This document shows, in pieces, positions 62,783 to 64,000 of a DNA stretch of 64,000 nt (the first letter of the stretch is position 1; every line of letters begins with the position of its first letter). Origin of the DNA: the human T2T-CHM13v2.0 reference genome, Homo sapiens; NCBI RefSeq assembly GCF_009914755.1, contig NC_060926.1; one strand, written 5' to 3'. The notes under the pieces are model-generated. The model was given only the letters and a program-made list of their open reading frames with translations, did no database searches and was not told the origin of the DNA. Position numbers and translations under genes: made by a program.

Positions 62783-62980
62783 TCGTGGTTCTCGATTCTG
62801 GCTACATGTTAGATTTAACAAAGAAGCGTTAAAAAACTATAGTCAAAGTTGGTTTTGATGGTGGGGGTGGGATCTTACTCAGACCAATTAAAACAGAATC
62901 TGTAAGGAAGAGACATAGGCATTGGTATGTTCTAGAAGTTCCTGCGGTGATTCTAAATCAGAGATAGGGTTGAAAACCTT
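62783..62980. mobile_element. MER5-like DNA transposon relic
   Basis: gtggttctc...ctggctacatgttaga...cagaatct...ggtgattctaa...gggttgaaaacc. Confidence 0.6.
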
Positions 62981-64000
62981 TTCTTTCCTTTTGTAGTTTT
63001 ATTTTAGTGTTATAACCTGTCAAATTGTGATTTATAAGCATCAAATGACACAATTTAACCTTATAAAGTGTTCTTAAAATAAAGACAAGGTTTGTAAGAG
63101 CTTGCTACGGTGTTCACTACATGAAAATCACTCAAAAAATGGTATGTATGCATATGTCACATGTCTGTTCAAAAATCTTCATCGGACAAATGCAAGGAGG
63201 TCTTGACTATATCTATTGTGCACATCAAAACCCAGGAAAGGCAGTTCCCTCAGGCTTATCAGAAAGAGCACAGAAATTTATAATCAGAGCAATCTGGGGT
63301 CAGTTTCACTAGTACCCTGCTGTGTGGTCATGGAGCAGTTTCACTCAGCATGCTTCCTCTGGTACAAAGTGGTCATAACAATACTTGGTAAGGTTGTTGG
63401 AAAAAAACAGACAATGCAATTACCACACAATATTTTTACATAATCACTACTGTATCCACTATAATTAAAGACAATGTATAACAAATATGTAGATTATTCT
63501 AGAGATGCAAAATAAATTCTCTGATGAGAAAACAGCATCTCAAGAATTGAGAGGAAAAGGGATTCAAACAATTATCAAGTGAGAAAATACTTCACAAAGA
63601 AAAACTGCAAAACTAAAGCTACGTACGTGAACACTGTTTTGCAGAGACCACATCTAGACCCTCAGCAGTAAAGGTTGTGCTTTTTGGAAAACGAAGACAA
63701 AGCAGCAGGAAGAAGAGAAAGGGTTGCAATGGCTAGAGGGAAGATGAGGGCTTCCAGGTAGGTTGTGTGATGCTCTGAGGAAAAGCCGGTCATATACTTG
63801 GGTATTCCAGGTCACTCTGCTGGAACCCTGCTTTTAGGACTTCTCAAATGAAGTGACTACTAGCCTCTTCTCAGAGTCACATGGAAGACAAAGAATACTG
63901 ATGGAAGAAACAGCTCTGGACAGCAACTTTGGAGACCATGATGTCCTTGAGAGAAAACTGAACTCTTGCAGATGCAAGATGTTTTAATCTACCTTCCACT

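Overview
Primate (human-like), AT-rich, repeat-dense DNA. I recognise no host protein-coding exon, RNA gene or CRISPR array, and the locus cannot be named from sequence alone. It contains a full-length but inactivated L1PA2-like LINE-1 (49722-55747, minus strand, 16-bp TSD) whose antisense ORF0 frame is still open, and a 5'-truncated L1PA4-like element. It also holds two neighbouring non-coding ERV1 proviruses of the MER31/MER67 group (22239-32266 and 32907-38500), each heavily nested, plus about 17 Alu-family insertions, several MaLR/ERV solo LTRs, DNA transposons and MIR/L2 relics. The most unusual signals are three locally templated insertions: 16402-16509, 29674-31932 (split by an L1) and 34484-34574. 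Their copies are far more similar to nearby donors than the age of the host repeats allows, which suggests template-switch or polymerase-theta-type repair scars. Also notable is a candidate recursive splice site at 49011/49012, in a window whose large retroelements are mostly on the minus strand. All alignments were done by eye and subfamily names come from recalled consensus sequences, so they need RepeatMasker/Dfam confirmation. I found no evidence of a new multi-gene system.
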